Origin: Macrostomum lignano
Lineage: Eukaryota
DNA: 64,000 nucleotides
Assembly: GCA_002269645.1 (NCBI GenBank)
Contig: NIVC01000856.1
Coordinates: 124,001 to 188,000 of the forward strand
Reading direction: 5' to 3'
A program made the position numbers and the translations under genes. The notes under the pieces are model-generated. The model did no database searches. It saw only the letters and a list, made by a program, of their open reading frames with translations, and had not been told where the DNA came from. Below, piece by piece: positions 1 through 12,039 of the stretch. The number at the start of each line of letters is the position of its first letter. Position 1 is the stretch's first letter.

Positions 1-334
1 ACTGTGATTGACGCCTGGAAGCTGCTGCATGCGGCTTTTGTTAGCAGGGCATGGGGGCTGCTGAGAAGCAGACTTATTAGCTGCCCAATGGGAGGGCTCT
101 GAGAGACGCAGGACGGAGTGAGAAGCACATTCATTCTGCGTCTCCGAAGGTTCGGCCGTCACTCAACGCCCTAGCTATTTGTTTTCATTTTAACGTAATC
201 TCTTTTTAACATAAACTCATAACCATTTGTCAGCAGCTGTCAGTCTTGATTTTGCCTGTGAAAAAGTTTTACAACCTCTGTCATTCGAGTCCCAAGGAGA
301 GCTTCTGATGGCTGAGCTATCAATCTGCCTCTTC

Positions 335-1802
335 GCCTCTCCTTCGGTGTCCTTGAATCCACCTCTCCGCTCCCTCGGTGTCCTTGAATCCGCCTCTCCG
401 CTCCCTCAGTGTCCTTGAATCCACCTCTCCGCTCCAACAGTGTCCTTGAATCCGCCTCTCCGCTCCCTCAGTGTCCTTGAATCCGCCTCTCCAAACTCCC
501 TCAGTGTCCTTGAATCCGCCTCTCCGCTCCCTCAGTGTCCTTGAATCCGCCTCTCCAAGCTCCCTCAGTGTCCTTGAATCCGCCTCTCCGCTCCCTCAGT
601 GTCCTTGAATCCGCCTCTCCGCTCCCTCAGTGTCCTTGAATCCGCCTCTCGCTCCCTCAGTGTCCTTGAATCCGCCTCTCGCTCCCTCAGTGTCCTTGAA
701 TCCGCCTCGCTCCCTCAGTGTCCTTGAATCCGCCTCTCCGCTCCCTCAGTGTCCTTGAATCCGCCTCTCGCTCCCTCAGTGTCCTTGAATCCGCCTCTCC
801 TCCCTCAGTGTCCTTGAATCCGCCTCTCGCTCCCTCAGTGTCCTTGAATCCGCCTCTCCACTCCCTCAGTGTCCTTGAATCCGCCTCTCGCTCCCTCAGT
901 GTCCTTGAATCCGCCTCTCCGCTCCCTCAGTGTCCTTGAATCCGCCTCTCCGCTCCCTCAGTGTCCTTGAATCCGCCTCTCCGCTCCCTCAGTGTCCTTG
1001 AATCCGCCTCTCCGCTCCCTCAGTGTCCTTGAATCCGCCTCGCTCCCTCAGTGTCCTTGAATCCGCCTCTTCGCTCCCTCAGTGTCCTTGAATCCGCCTC
1101 TCGCTCCCTCAGTGTCCTTGAATCCGCCTCTCCACTCCCTCAGTGTCCTTGAATCCGCCTCTCCGCTCCCTCAGTGTCCTTGAATCCGCCTCTCCGCTCC
1201 CTCAGTGTCCTTGAATCCGCCTCTTCGCTCCCTCAGTGTCCTTGAATCCGCCTCTTCGCTCCCTCAGTGTCCTTGAATCCGCCTCTCCACTCCCTCAGTG
1301 TCCTTGAATCCGCCTCTCCGCTCCCTCAGTGTCCTTGAATCCGCCTCTCCGCTCCCTCAGTGTCCTTGAATCCGCCTCTTCGCTCCCTCAGTGTCCTTGA
1401 ATCCACCTCTCCGCTCCCTCAGTGTCCTTGAATCCGCCTCTCCGCTCCCTCAGTGTCCTTGAATCCACCTCTCCAGTGTCCTTGAATCCACCTCAGTGTC
1501 CTTGAATCCGTGTCCTTGAATCCGCCTCTTCGCTCCCTCAGTGTCCTTGAATCCACCTCTCCGCTCCCTCAGTGTCCTTGAATCCACCTCTTCGCTCCCT
1601 CAGTGTCCTTGAATCCACCTCTCCGCTCCCTCAGTGTCCTTGAATCCACCTCTTCGCTCCCTCAGTGTCCTTGAATCCACCTCTCCACTCCCTCAGTGTC
1701 CTTGAATCCGCCTCTCCACTCCCTCAGTGTCCTTGAATCCACCTCTCCGCTCCCTCAGTGTCCTTGAATCCGCCTCTTCGCTCCCCCAGTGTCCTTGAAT
1801 CC
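335..1802. repeat. Minisatellite, ~31-bp unit GCTCCCTCAGTGTCCTTGAATCCGCCTCTCC
   Basis: Direct tandem copies with small indels; ORFs 227..418, 240..437 and 718..939 are by-products of the repeat. Confidence 0.95.
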
Positions 1803-2404
1803 TAAACTTGAATGTTAATGACGGTTTCAATATTTTCACGACTTTAATTTTCGTAGGAAGCAAAAGATTTCAAACTTTCTCGGACTAAACAAATCCTGTT
1901 TACTGTTTTTTTTTCGGTCAGGAAACCCAGCTACTCAACGGAGTCCGCCTTCAGTTAAAGTCCTTTGAATAAAATCCCCCTTGACGCCCTCCACTTGACG
2001 GAATTCCGGGCACACAAATTTAAACAAAAACCGACAACCGTGGACGGAATGCTAATGAAGCAAGCCAGCTCAGTCCAGTGCGCTGTTCTGAGCCACGTCA
2101 AAACTGAAAGATAGCCTTCTTCAAGCTGATAGCTGCAGCACAGTCTTCTTCTTTTATCAGCGGGATGCCAGTCTGACCGTTTTAAAAAGTTTCCCCACAC
2201 AGGGCGCGAAATCCCATGCACTCGGCTCCTTCATCGATTAGAAAATGGCAGCCTGTCATTCAGAATTTGCTCTGATTTTCTTCGAATATAAACAATAATT
2301 TATTAAAAGAAAAATTGGCTGCATCATACTACTTATCAAGTAGACAGTCCGGAGAATTTTTAAATTACTTTCGCTAATAAAGTATCTACCGGTATAAAAA
2401 CCAT

Positions 2405-3255
2405 GATTTCAGCAGTCCAGCTGGATGTCAGTGAATGATTTCAGCAGTCCAGCTGGATGTCAGTGAATGATATCAGCAGTCTAGCTGGATGTCAGTGAAT
2501 GATGTCAGCAGTCTAGCTGGATGTCAGTGAATGATGTCAGCAGGCTAGCTGGATGTCAGTGAATGATGTCAGCAGTCTAGCTGGATGTCAGTGAATGATT
2601 TCAGCAATCCAGCTGGATGTCAGTGAATGATGTCAGCAGGCTAGCTGGATGTCAGTGAATGATGTCAGCAGTCCAGCTGGATGTCAGTGAATGATGTCAG
2701 CAGTCCAGCTGGATGTCAGTGAATGATGTTAGCAGGCTAGCTGGATGTCAGTGAATGATGTCAGCAGTCTAGCTGGATGTCAGTGAATGATGTCAGCAGT
2801 CTAGCTGGATGTCAGTGAATGATGTCAGCAGTCCAGCTGGATGTCAGTGAATGATGTCAGCAGTCCAGCTGGATGTCAGTGAATGATGTTAGCAGGCTAG
2901 CTGGATGTCAGTGAATGATGTCAGCAGTCTAGCTGGATGTCAGTGAATGATGTCAGCAGTCTAGCTGGATGTCAGTGAATGATGTCAGCAGTCCAGCTGG
3001 ATGTCAGTGAATGATGTCAGCAGTCCAGCTGGATGTCAGTGAATGATTTCAGCAGTCTAGCTAGATGTCAGTGAATGATTTCAGCAATCCAGCTGGATGT
3101 CAGTGAATGATGTCAGCAGTCCAGCTGGATGTCAGTGAATGATGTCAGCAGTCCAGCTGGATGTCAGTGAATGATTTCAGCAGTCTAGCTAGATGTCAGT
3201 GAATGATTTCAGCAATCCAGCTGGATGTCAGTGAATGATGTCAGCAGGCTAGCAG
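2405..3255. repeat. Minisatellite, 32-bp unit GATGTCAGCAGTCTAGCTGGATGTCAGTGAAT
   Basis: Tandem copies; the unit itself contains GATGTCAG twice. Confidence 0.95.
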
Positions 3256-3894
3256 GATTCTAGTGCATACGTTTTTCAGCAAAAAAATGTTTTTGTATTT
3301 TCGATGTTCCTGTCAGGTGAAAAATGTATTTTAGTGCATCAAAGCAGTTCAATCTCCTTTGACTAGCAGAGCTCCACATTGTCAATTAATAACTGCAAGG
3401 CTTTCCCTCACTAATCCTTCACAGATTTACACGTAAGTCACAAAAAAGACTGTCACCTCAGCATTTAGATTAAAATTCTGTCCTTAAGAGGGAGGCTTTG
3501 ACAGGTTGCTGCATGGCAACTTGCGCGGATTAACGAACTGAGTTTTTTTCCCAAGCAAAGGGATTTGTTCTGCCCCCGCTCCTTTGGGAAATTACCAGGC
3601 ACTGGATTGAGAGGCTGTCAGTCGAACAGCCTAACACCGCATCAGGATTTCTTCAGAATTTTCAGAATCAGTTAATTACCGAATTCGCACCTGTCAGCAG
3701 AGACTGGCCGGATTCCAAATTAATGTCCTCCTCTTTGCCAGCTTTGAGTCGGCAGAGCCTGCGAAATTATTCAACTGTGGTTTTTTCTGACGTCAATTGG
3801 CGGTGCATGTTGGCTGTCAGCTGCGGCCGGTTCTGCATCTGGTTTTTTGGCGTCTTACAGCACCGCCTCTATCGGACCCAAATAGATCTCTTCA

Positions 3895-4265
3895 CAGACC
3901 CCTACAGCATCTCCTACAGCACCCCAGCAGCATCCCTAGAGAATCCCCTATGCCACCCCAACAGCAGCAACTCTTATAGCACCTCAACAGCACCACAATA
4001 GCACCCCAACGGCAACCCCAACAGCACCCCAGCAGCACCCCAACAGCACCCCAACAGCACCACAACAGCACCCCTACAGCATCCCCTACAGCACCCCAAC
4101 AGCATCCCCAAAAGCATCTTAACAGTACCCCCACAGCGCCCCAAAAGCATCTCAACAGCATCCCTACAGCACCCCAACAGCATCTCAACAGCACCCCCAC
4201 AGCACCCCAACAGCATCTCAACAGCATCCCTACAGCACCCCAACAGCATCTCCACAAGCGCCCCC
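3895..4265. repeat. Imperfect C/A-rich tandem repeat (CAGCACCCC/CAGCATCCC)
   Basis: Degenerate short-period repeat visible directly; gives low-complexity ORFs. Confidence 0.8.
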
Positions 4266-5019
4266 AACAGGGTCTTAGATCAATCGCTAGATGCTTCTCT
4301 ACTCTCTCTGTTGTTCTCCTTCTGTTGTCCCCTGACTAAAAAATCTGCTTTTGCCGCATATTTAGAAACCAAATCCACCCTAGTAACGAAAGCAACAACA
4401 GAGAACCAGCAGCAAGCAGTTGTTTTTCACGATCTCCCCTCTTGATGATTAAGGTTGACTGGTCAGTTTGATTGGATCACAGGTTCACATCGGAGCTTGT
4501 CAATGCTTGCCAAAGCAGTTGGAATGAGATGATAAAGTCAAAGGAGCGGCAGGTCATCCGTGCTCCGGGCAATTTCTCATTCACAAAGGAGAAACTCTTA
4601 ACACACACGGTGGCTTGAGTCAGTATATGATAAAGTCAGTCGCCCACAATCTGAGCAATGGGCATCTTGCCACTCCAAGGATACCTATATATGGGCCCTA
4701 TTGTGCTGGCTTAGTATCTGGACAGCTGCGCCCATCCGCGTGTTAGCGGCACATGCCAATTATCTTCACTGTCTAATGTCTAATTAGCGTAATGCAAAAA
4801 TGAGGGAGGGTACCGTTGCGTAATATCTACGTGATTATACATCTCTTCTATTTTATTATCTTGATGTAGCCAGTTGTAATATCTATTGAGTAAGTTTTCT
4901 GTTACGAGCTAGTTCCTCGTGCGTAGTATGTCTCTAATGGTATTTATTTTATTTGAAAAAATCCGAGCTAAAATATACTGTTTCTTGTTGAATTGTTGCT
5001 CTGGGAAACTACTAGTACC

Positions 5020-5165
5020 GGAATGGTTGCTATAGAAAGGTACGGTTGCTATGGAAAGGTATGGTTGCTATGGAAAGGTTTTCGTACCGGGATGGTTGCT
5101 ACGGAAAGCTACTCGTACCGTGATGGTTGCTATGGAAAGCTACTGGCACTGGGATGGTTGCTATG
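5020..5165. repeat. Short cluster of GGTTGCTATGGAAAG motifs
   Basis: About six spaced copies immediately left of the LTR. Confidence 0.7.
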
Positions 5166-5362
5166 TGTAGTGAGCGAGAGACAAGCCAGTCAGATTTAGT
5201 CCAGAAAACAAAATCGAACTCTCCCACGAAGGGTGGAGTTACTTTTATATTTAATCAGGAACGCATGTACATATAAAATCAGAGTGCGCAAGTACATCGC
5301 ATTCCTTAACCCCTAATCACTAACTAGCAGAACGAGCCAGTGAGTAAACTCACTTTACAACA
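5164..5362 (-). mobile_element. 3' LTR (~200 bp) of Ty3/Gypsy element
   Basis: On - strand starts TGTTGTAAAGTGAG and ends CTCACTACACA (TG...CA, imperfect terminal inverted repeat). It is preceded by the polypurine tract AAGGAGGAGGGTGAA (5363-5377) and has an internal TATAAAA (5243-5249). Left edge could be 5164 or 5166. Confidence 0.8.
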
Positions 5363-5408
5363 TTCACCCTCCTCCTTAACAGTCACTAATTCCCATCACA
5401 GCTACCAA

Positions 5409-8034
5409 TCAGTGCGTCACGACCTGGCCGTACCACAACGGCGGTGCCCGCAGTCGCGTACTGCGCCGCAGCTCTGCGTCGGCCTCAGCGGTCGCCGGCA
5501 GCGGGTCCGTCGGGCCTTCTGGCGCTGCCGGCTCCGCAGCCACTGGCGGCTGTGGCGGCATTGCCGTTGCCGAAGGCGTGCTGGCACCCTCGGGCTCCGC
5601 ACGAGGCATACAGAGGCTGGTGTGCCACCTTGAGCCGTCCTCTAACATGACGATCGTCAGGCTGATGATGTCGCTGACCCGTAGAGGTGGTGACACGTGG
5701 CTCTGCAGCTTGCCTCGCATCCGTGGAGATCGCACTCGCACCAGGTCGCCGACCCGGAATTGGCGCGGCGGCTGCCGGGATCTGTTGAGCCGCTTGAACT
5801 GCCGTCTCTGCCGCTCCTGGATCTGATCGGCCAGTGGGTGCTTCTGAGTCGCTCGCCTCGGCTGCAGCGTCCACAGCGGCGTGGTGATCTTGCGGCCAAG
5901 CATTAGCTCCGCTGGCGTCACGCCGGTCAGCGCATGCGGTGTCGATCGGCACGCCCACAGGATGGACTGCACCGCTTCCAGGAACGAGTAGTCGTCCTGA
6001 AGGTGGCTCTTCAAGCCCTCTTTGACTTTAGGAAGTCGTTGAACTCCTGGGAGACGAACTGGGGTCCTCCATCGGTGGTGATTACGCGCGGAATGCCCCA
6101 GCGACAAAACAGCGCCATGAGACTCTTTATAATAGTCGCAGATGTCGCTGAAGAGAGGCAGACCAGTTAGGGCCACTTTGAAAGCAGGTCGTGTACACCG
6201 AGTATGAAGCGGCAGTTCTGTGGTGCACCCTCGTGCAGCTCTCCAAACAAGTCGATCTGCAATTCTGTCCACGGTTTCTTGGGCCACTCGGTCGGGGTCA
6301 GCACTGTCCGATGCGGCTTGAAGCTCTTTTCACTGAGGGTACACGCAGAACAGCTGCTGACGAACCGAGAGGTCGAGAGATGTCGCTGTCCATTTTGGGC
6401 CACCACGCGGTGTCTCGGCAGTGATGCTTGGTTCTGCTGACCATCTTGTGACCTTGATGCGCTAAGTCGAGCACTCCCTGACGCAGTTCTTCCGGTATAA
6501 CGGCGCGAGTTCCCATGGCCAAGCACCTGCCGTTGCTCCAGACAGTCAGTTCGTTCCTGACACTCCAGAAGGGCAGCAGGCGCTCATAGTTTTTTCTTGT
6601 CCGACCAACCGGCAACTGTGAACTCAGCGACTCGTACCAGGAGCTCGTCCTTTGAAGTTGCCTCGGCCAGTTCATCCTCGGTGACCACGGTCAGCGCCTC
6701 CGCCAGGAGCACTCTCTGGACTTCCAGATCGTCCGTTGCATCGCCTTCTGTCGGCTCGGCCGTGTCCTGGCAGCGCGACAGAAAGTCGGGCACGATGTTC
6801 TTGGCACCCGGGACGTACTTGACGATACCCGCTCCCAGATGCTGACAGCAGCGTGGTGAGAGCCTGGTGATCGGTGTGGAGCTCGAACCGTCGGCCGTAA
6901 AGGAAGAAGCGCTCACAGGCGAAGATGCAGGCCAGGGCTTCCCTCTCGCTCGCCGAGTAGCGGCGCTCCGTAGCACTCAGAGTTCGGCTCGCAAAGGCAA
7001 CCGGGTGCCACTGGCCGTCGGAGTCTTGCTGGAGGAGCATCGCACCGAGAGCTGATGCTGAGCTGTCGCAGCTGACGATGATCGGCTGATCTGCCTCGAA
7101 AAACTTGAGGCAAGGTGGCTTGCACACTCCTGCCTTCAGCTGCTCAAAAGCCTGCTGGCACTCACTGGTCCACTTTCACGACTCGTCCTTCCTCAGCAGT
7201 TTCATGAGGGGCTCCGCCGTGCTGGAGAGGCTGGGAATGAAGTTGCCGAAGTACTTCACGACGCCTAGAAACGCAGCCACTTCCTTGGTGTTCGTTGGCG
7301 GCTGTACCTTCTCGATAGCTTCGACGTGTGACTGCAGCGGGCGGACTCCAGAAGCGCTCAGCTCATAGCCTAGGAAATTGACCTTGTCCTGGCGCCAGGT
7401 GCACTTGCCCGTATTGATAGTCACGTTGTGCGTCACTTCACAGCTTGCAGCACCTTGAACAGGCGCTTGTCGTGCTCTTCTCTTCATGCCGCGTGCACTA
7501 CGATGTCGTCAATAAAGTGCACTGCGCCTTTGATGCCACTGAGGATCTTAGCCATCACCTTCTGGAACGCAGCCGGTGCACTACTCAGGCCGAAGCACAC
7601 CCTGCGATATCGATATAGGCCTCGCTCCGTCACGAACGTCGTCAGATTTCTGCAGTCCTCGGCCAACTCAGTTGCAGGTAAGACGAATTCAGGTCCAACT
7701 TGGAGAAGCATCGCGACCCGGCAAACTCGGCGGAGAGCTCCTCAAACGTCGGAAGTGGGTATCTGTCCGGTATGATGCTCTTGTTTGGGCCTCTCAGGTC
7801 GTTGCAGATCCGGATCGAGCCGTTCGTCTTTGGCACCACGACTAGGTTTGACACCCAGTCCGAGGCGTCGACCTCCTCGATGATGCCTTGCTGCAGCAGC
7901 TGGTCGATCTCCTTTTGAACCGAATCTCTTAGGCTGAGCGGCACTCTGCGCAACGGTTGAGCAGTCGGTTGCACCGCGGGATTGACTCGCGGCCTGTGCT
8001 GAACTCCTTTGATGTGTCCGAGTCTCTGAGTCAA
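5409..8034 (-). pseudogene. Gypsy pol pseudogene split across at least eight reading-frame segments
   Basis: ORFs 7642..8034, 7484..7711, 7176..7487, 6672..7127, 6584..6976, 6298..6675, 6167..6526 and 5409..6287 each carry consecutive pol motifs in different frames. Confidence 0.9.
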
Positions 8035-9289
8035 CTGGTCGACCTACGTCGTATTAATAGCGTGATGGTTGCTATGGATTTCGCTAGTGAAAAACTTTCA
8101 GTGCCGAAAATCGAGTTGACAGTGACCCGTAGCCAGCTTAAACCCCGAGCTCGCACACGAATGCGTTTATAGAGACAGCTGTGTACGCCTTGGCTTTTTA
8201 ATCGCTATGGTTACCAGCTGGGTGCCCTTTTAAAGCCATTAGGCGGCTCGTTAGTTAAACAGCTCATCTCAGCTACACTTCTGTTGTTAAGTAAGGGATT
8301 TTTTCCTTGTTGATCCCCTGTCATCATCAACTGTGCTTCATTAACAACTTGCCTGCGTGAGTACTGCACAGATACTTCTAAATTTAAATTTGACTCGATT
8401 CAAGGCATACAATCGGCCTTCTGGGCCTTCTGGGCCTGTCATCGCGGGTGAGTGTTGCCGACAGGGAGGCCGCTGGTATTAGAAGCAGAAATTCTTTCCA
8501 AGGCTGACACAGTCGGACAGAAGGGAATATAAAACTGCGGTGAGAGATGATGAGAGGCTGGACTCGCGGCAACTCGAAGGCAAAGTAATCGAATTCCCGA
8601 TCCCCCGGTACTGCCCGTTAGCGAAGAAACTCAACTGCCCCATCATTTCACACAGCATCCGCTTGCCGTACAGAGCTGGGCGTCCTTTGTACCTTTGCCT
8701 ACCTATGCAGTGCTTACCTGCTACACATAGCCTCTCTCTCTGTCTCTTTGAAAACGAATTTCCGAAATCTGAACCAATCAGGGTTTGAGTTGTTTGCCGA
8801 TGACTGCACAGCGACTCGGAGTTCGATTCCTTGATAAACCAACCCTTGAGCAGCTCATGCTAGTTGAGACTCTCGCCAGAGCAAGCTGAAAAATCATTGA
8901 CCACCAGATCAGCAGTCGATAAAGAAGACGATTGGGACCTTAATAAGCAATCGAATAGCTACAAATGCGTCGATATGTAAGTGTATAAGTTCTGTAAATG
9001 TGTAAAAATTGTGCTATTTGCGCTACTGATTGCGCACAGTCAGAGCTTTAGTTCTAAACTAGCAATCTAGCGCCCCCCTTCGGGGTGGCCAATAAGCAAG
9101 GGACGAATCCTTTAAAGTGAAAAAAAATTCTTAGGGAGGGGGCTAGGAATCGAATTCTCATTTTAATTCCAGGCTTATGTACCAATAAAACATGTTTGTG
9201 CAGAATTTTATAACAGACATTGAAATTCAACCATACTTGCCTTCTTTCAGAGCTACTTCTACCAGTATGCTTCAGTACGCTACCAGTAC

Positions 9290-10230
9290 CCTTGTAAGCC
9301 TTGACATGTCAGCAATCCCTCCCCACAAGCCTTAACATATCAACTCCCCCCTTGACATCTCAGCGATGCTCCCATAAGCCTTGAAATCTTAAAAAATCTG
9401 TCTACTTTCTAACCCTAACCCTAACCCTAACCCTAACCCTAACCCTAAAGCATTGAAATTTCAGTAATTCTCTCTAAGAGTCATTATAGCACTACTACAG
9501 CATTATAGCGATTCCCTGCAAGCCTCGACATCGTAGGGATTCCTAAATGAATCTCTTAACTTCGACATGAAGCTTCTTTTTTTTACATTACGCTTTTTCT
9601 ATCAGCGATCCCTCCCGTGAGGAGCCAACAAATAATGTAATAACTTTTTTCCAATAAACTACATGTAGCTTCTGACATTAGCCTTGACATCTCATTTATT
9701 CCCCCGTGAGCCTTGACATCTCAGCTATAGATAGATAGATAGATAGATTCCCCTCGTAAGCCTTGACATGTCAGCGATGCCCCCCATAAACCTTGAAATC
9801 TAAAAAATCCCCTGTTAACCTTGAAACGCGCTAAAATCTAACCCTCAACCCAAACCTGACGTAAACCTAACTTTCACCCAACCTAAAGCCTTGAAATCAC
9901 AGCAATTCTTCTTCCCTAAGCCTTGGCATTTAAATGATTCCTTCTTTAAGAATCACAGCACTATAACGATTCCCTCCAAGCTTTGACATCGTAGCAATTC
10001 CCAAATGAATCTTTTAACTTTGACATGACTTTTATTTTATGTATACATAGTGCTCCTTTTATTTTTACATGACTCTTTTTCTATCAGCGCCCCCCCCCAC
10101 CGTGGCAAGCCAACAAAGAATGCAATAAAAAAACTTAAGTAAAGTACATGTACTTTGAAGTAGCTTCTGACTTTTGCTTTAACATCTCAGAAACCCCCCT
10201 GTAATCTCAGTTATTCTCTGTGAGCCTTGA
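9290..10230. repeat. Diverged tandem duplication (~420-470-bp unit)
   Basis: Colinear motifs occur twice: GTAAGCCTTGACATGTCAGC, CAGCGATGC.CCCATAA.CCTTGAAATC, GACATCGTAG..ATTCC.AAATGAATC, TTTTTCTATCAGCG, GTAGCTTCTGAC. Confidence 0.75.
9409..9448. repeat. Interstitial telomere-type (CCCTAA)n run, ~6 units
   Basis: CTAACCCTAACCCTAACCCTAACCCTAACCCTAACCCTAA read directly. Confidence 0.9.
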
Positions 10231-10409
10231 CGTCTCAGTGATTCTCCCCAGCACAGCACTATAGCTTCATTTAATTTTTATGACACTTGTTTCATGTCTG
10301 ACATGACGCTTCTTTTGATTTTTACGTTACGCTTCTTTTATTCTTCCATGATGCTTCTTAATTTTTTAAATGACACACTTTCATTAGTTTTTATATGAGG
10401 CTTCTGTGA

Positions 10410-11620
10410 TTTTTTCATGACGCTTCTATGTTAACATGACGCTTCTATGCTTGTTTACATGACGCTTTTATGATTGTTTACATGACGCTTTTATGATTGT
10501 TTACATGACGCTTCTATGCTTGTTTACATGACGCTTTTATGATTGTTTACATGACGCTTTTATGATTGTTTACATGACGCTTGTATGATTGTTTACATGA
10601 CGCTTCTATGATTTTTTACATGACGCTTCTATGATTGTTTACATGACGCTTGTATGATTGTTTACATGACGCTTCTTTGATTTTAACATGACGCTTCTAT
10701 GATTGTTTACATGACGCTTCTATGATTTTTACATGACGCTTCTATGATTTTTACATGACGCTTCTATGATTGTTTACATGACGCTTCCATGATTGTTTAC
10801 ATGACGCTTCTATGATTTTTTATGACGCTTTTATGATTTTAACATGACGCTTCTATGATTTTTTACATGACGCTTCTATGATTGTTTACATGACGCTTGT
10901 ATGATTGTTTACATGACGCTTCTTTGATTTTAACATGACGCTTCTATGATTGTTTACATGACGCTTCTATGATTTTTACATGACGCTTCTATGATTTTTA
11001 CATGACGCTTCTATGATTTTTTCATGACGCTTCTATGATTTTTACATGACGCTTCTATGATTGTTTACATGACGCTTCTATGATTTTTTACATGACGCTT
11101 CTATGATTGTTTACATGACGCTTCTATTTTTGTTTACATGACGCTTCTATGATTGTTTACATGACGCTTTTATGATTGTTTACATGACGCTTCTATGATT
11201 TTTACATGACGCTTCTATGATTTTTACATGACGCTTCTATGATTGTTTACATGACGCTTCTATGATTGTTTACATGACGCTTGTATGATTGTTTACATGA
11301 CGCTTCTATGATTTTTTATGACGCTTTTATGATTTTAACATGACGCTTCTATGATTTTTTACATGACGCTTCTATGATTGTTTACATGACGCTTGTATGA
11401 TTGTTTACATGACGCTTGTGTGATTTTAACATGACGCTTCTATGATTGTTTGCATGACGCTTCTATGATTTTTTATGACGCTTTTATGATTTTACATGAC
11501 GCTTTTATGATTTTTACATGACGCTTCTATGATTTTTACATGACGCTTCTATGATTTTTACATGACGCTTCTATGATTGTTTACATGACGGTTGTATGAT
11601 TGTTTACATGACGCTTCCAT
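10410..11620. repeat. Minisatellite, 22-23-bp unit CATGACGCTTCTATGATTGTTTA
   Basis: About 50 tandem copies. Confidence 0.95.
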
Positions 11621-11669
11621 AATTTTTTTTGTCTTGGCGTTAAAAAGCTTTAATTAAAAAAAACTCTTC

Positions 11670-11740
11670 TCTCTAAAAATTCGAACCATCGTCCCTGCAT
11701 TTAGCAGTTTAGTCTGTTTACCTCTAGGCTAGCTCTCATG
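11670..11740 (-). mobile_element. tRNA-derived (SINE-like) head, copy 1
   Basis: - strand: GAGCTAGCCTAGAGG (A-box-like) ... ACTGCTAAAT ... GGTTCGAAT (B box). Confidence 0.55.
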
Positions 11741-12039
11741 AATTTTAGTCATTACCCCTAAATAGAAAATATTCCCAAGACAGCAAGCATCCCCCAGTAG
11801 CAAGCATCCCCTTATACTCCTAGCAAGCATCCACCCAGATAGCAAGCATCTGCAGATAGCAAGCATCTGCAGATAGCAAGCATCTTGCAGATAGCAAGCA
11901 TCTTGCAGATAGCAAGCATACCCCAAATAATGTAGAAGCATCCTTCCAGATAGCAAGAATCCTGCACATAGCAAGAATCCCTAAATAGCAAGCATCCCTG
12001 GATAGAAATAATCCTATACATGTAGCCAAGCTTATCAAG

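Larger units (their letters stand above)
5164..8034 (-). mobile_element. Degenerate, 5'-truncated Ty3/Gypsy LTR retrotransposon (RT-RNaseH-integrase order)
   Basis: Frameshifted pol fragments: RT (WVSNLVVVPK..IRICNDLR..RYPLP..FSKLDL; FGLSSAP..FIDDIVV; FLGY), RNase H (CDSS..LGAML..VAFASRTL..EREALA..TDHQAL), integrase (H..H, CSAC, STPHALTGVTPAELMLGR). No gag, protease or 5' LTR seen. Confidence 0.93.

Noticed and set aside
3690-3860. GC-richer segment with possible minus-strand splice sites (candidate exon)
   Set aside because: No recognisable protein and no phase-compatible neighbouring exons could be established.
4480-4620. Short frame SELVNACQSSWNEM.. reminiscent of a transposase C-terminus
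   Set aside because: Too short, with no catalytic motif or TIRs.
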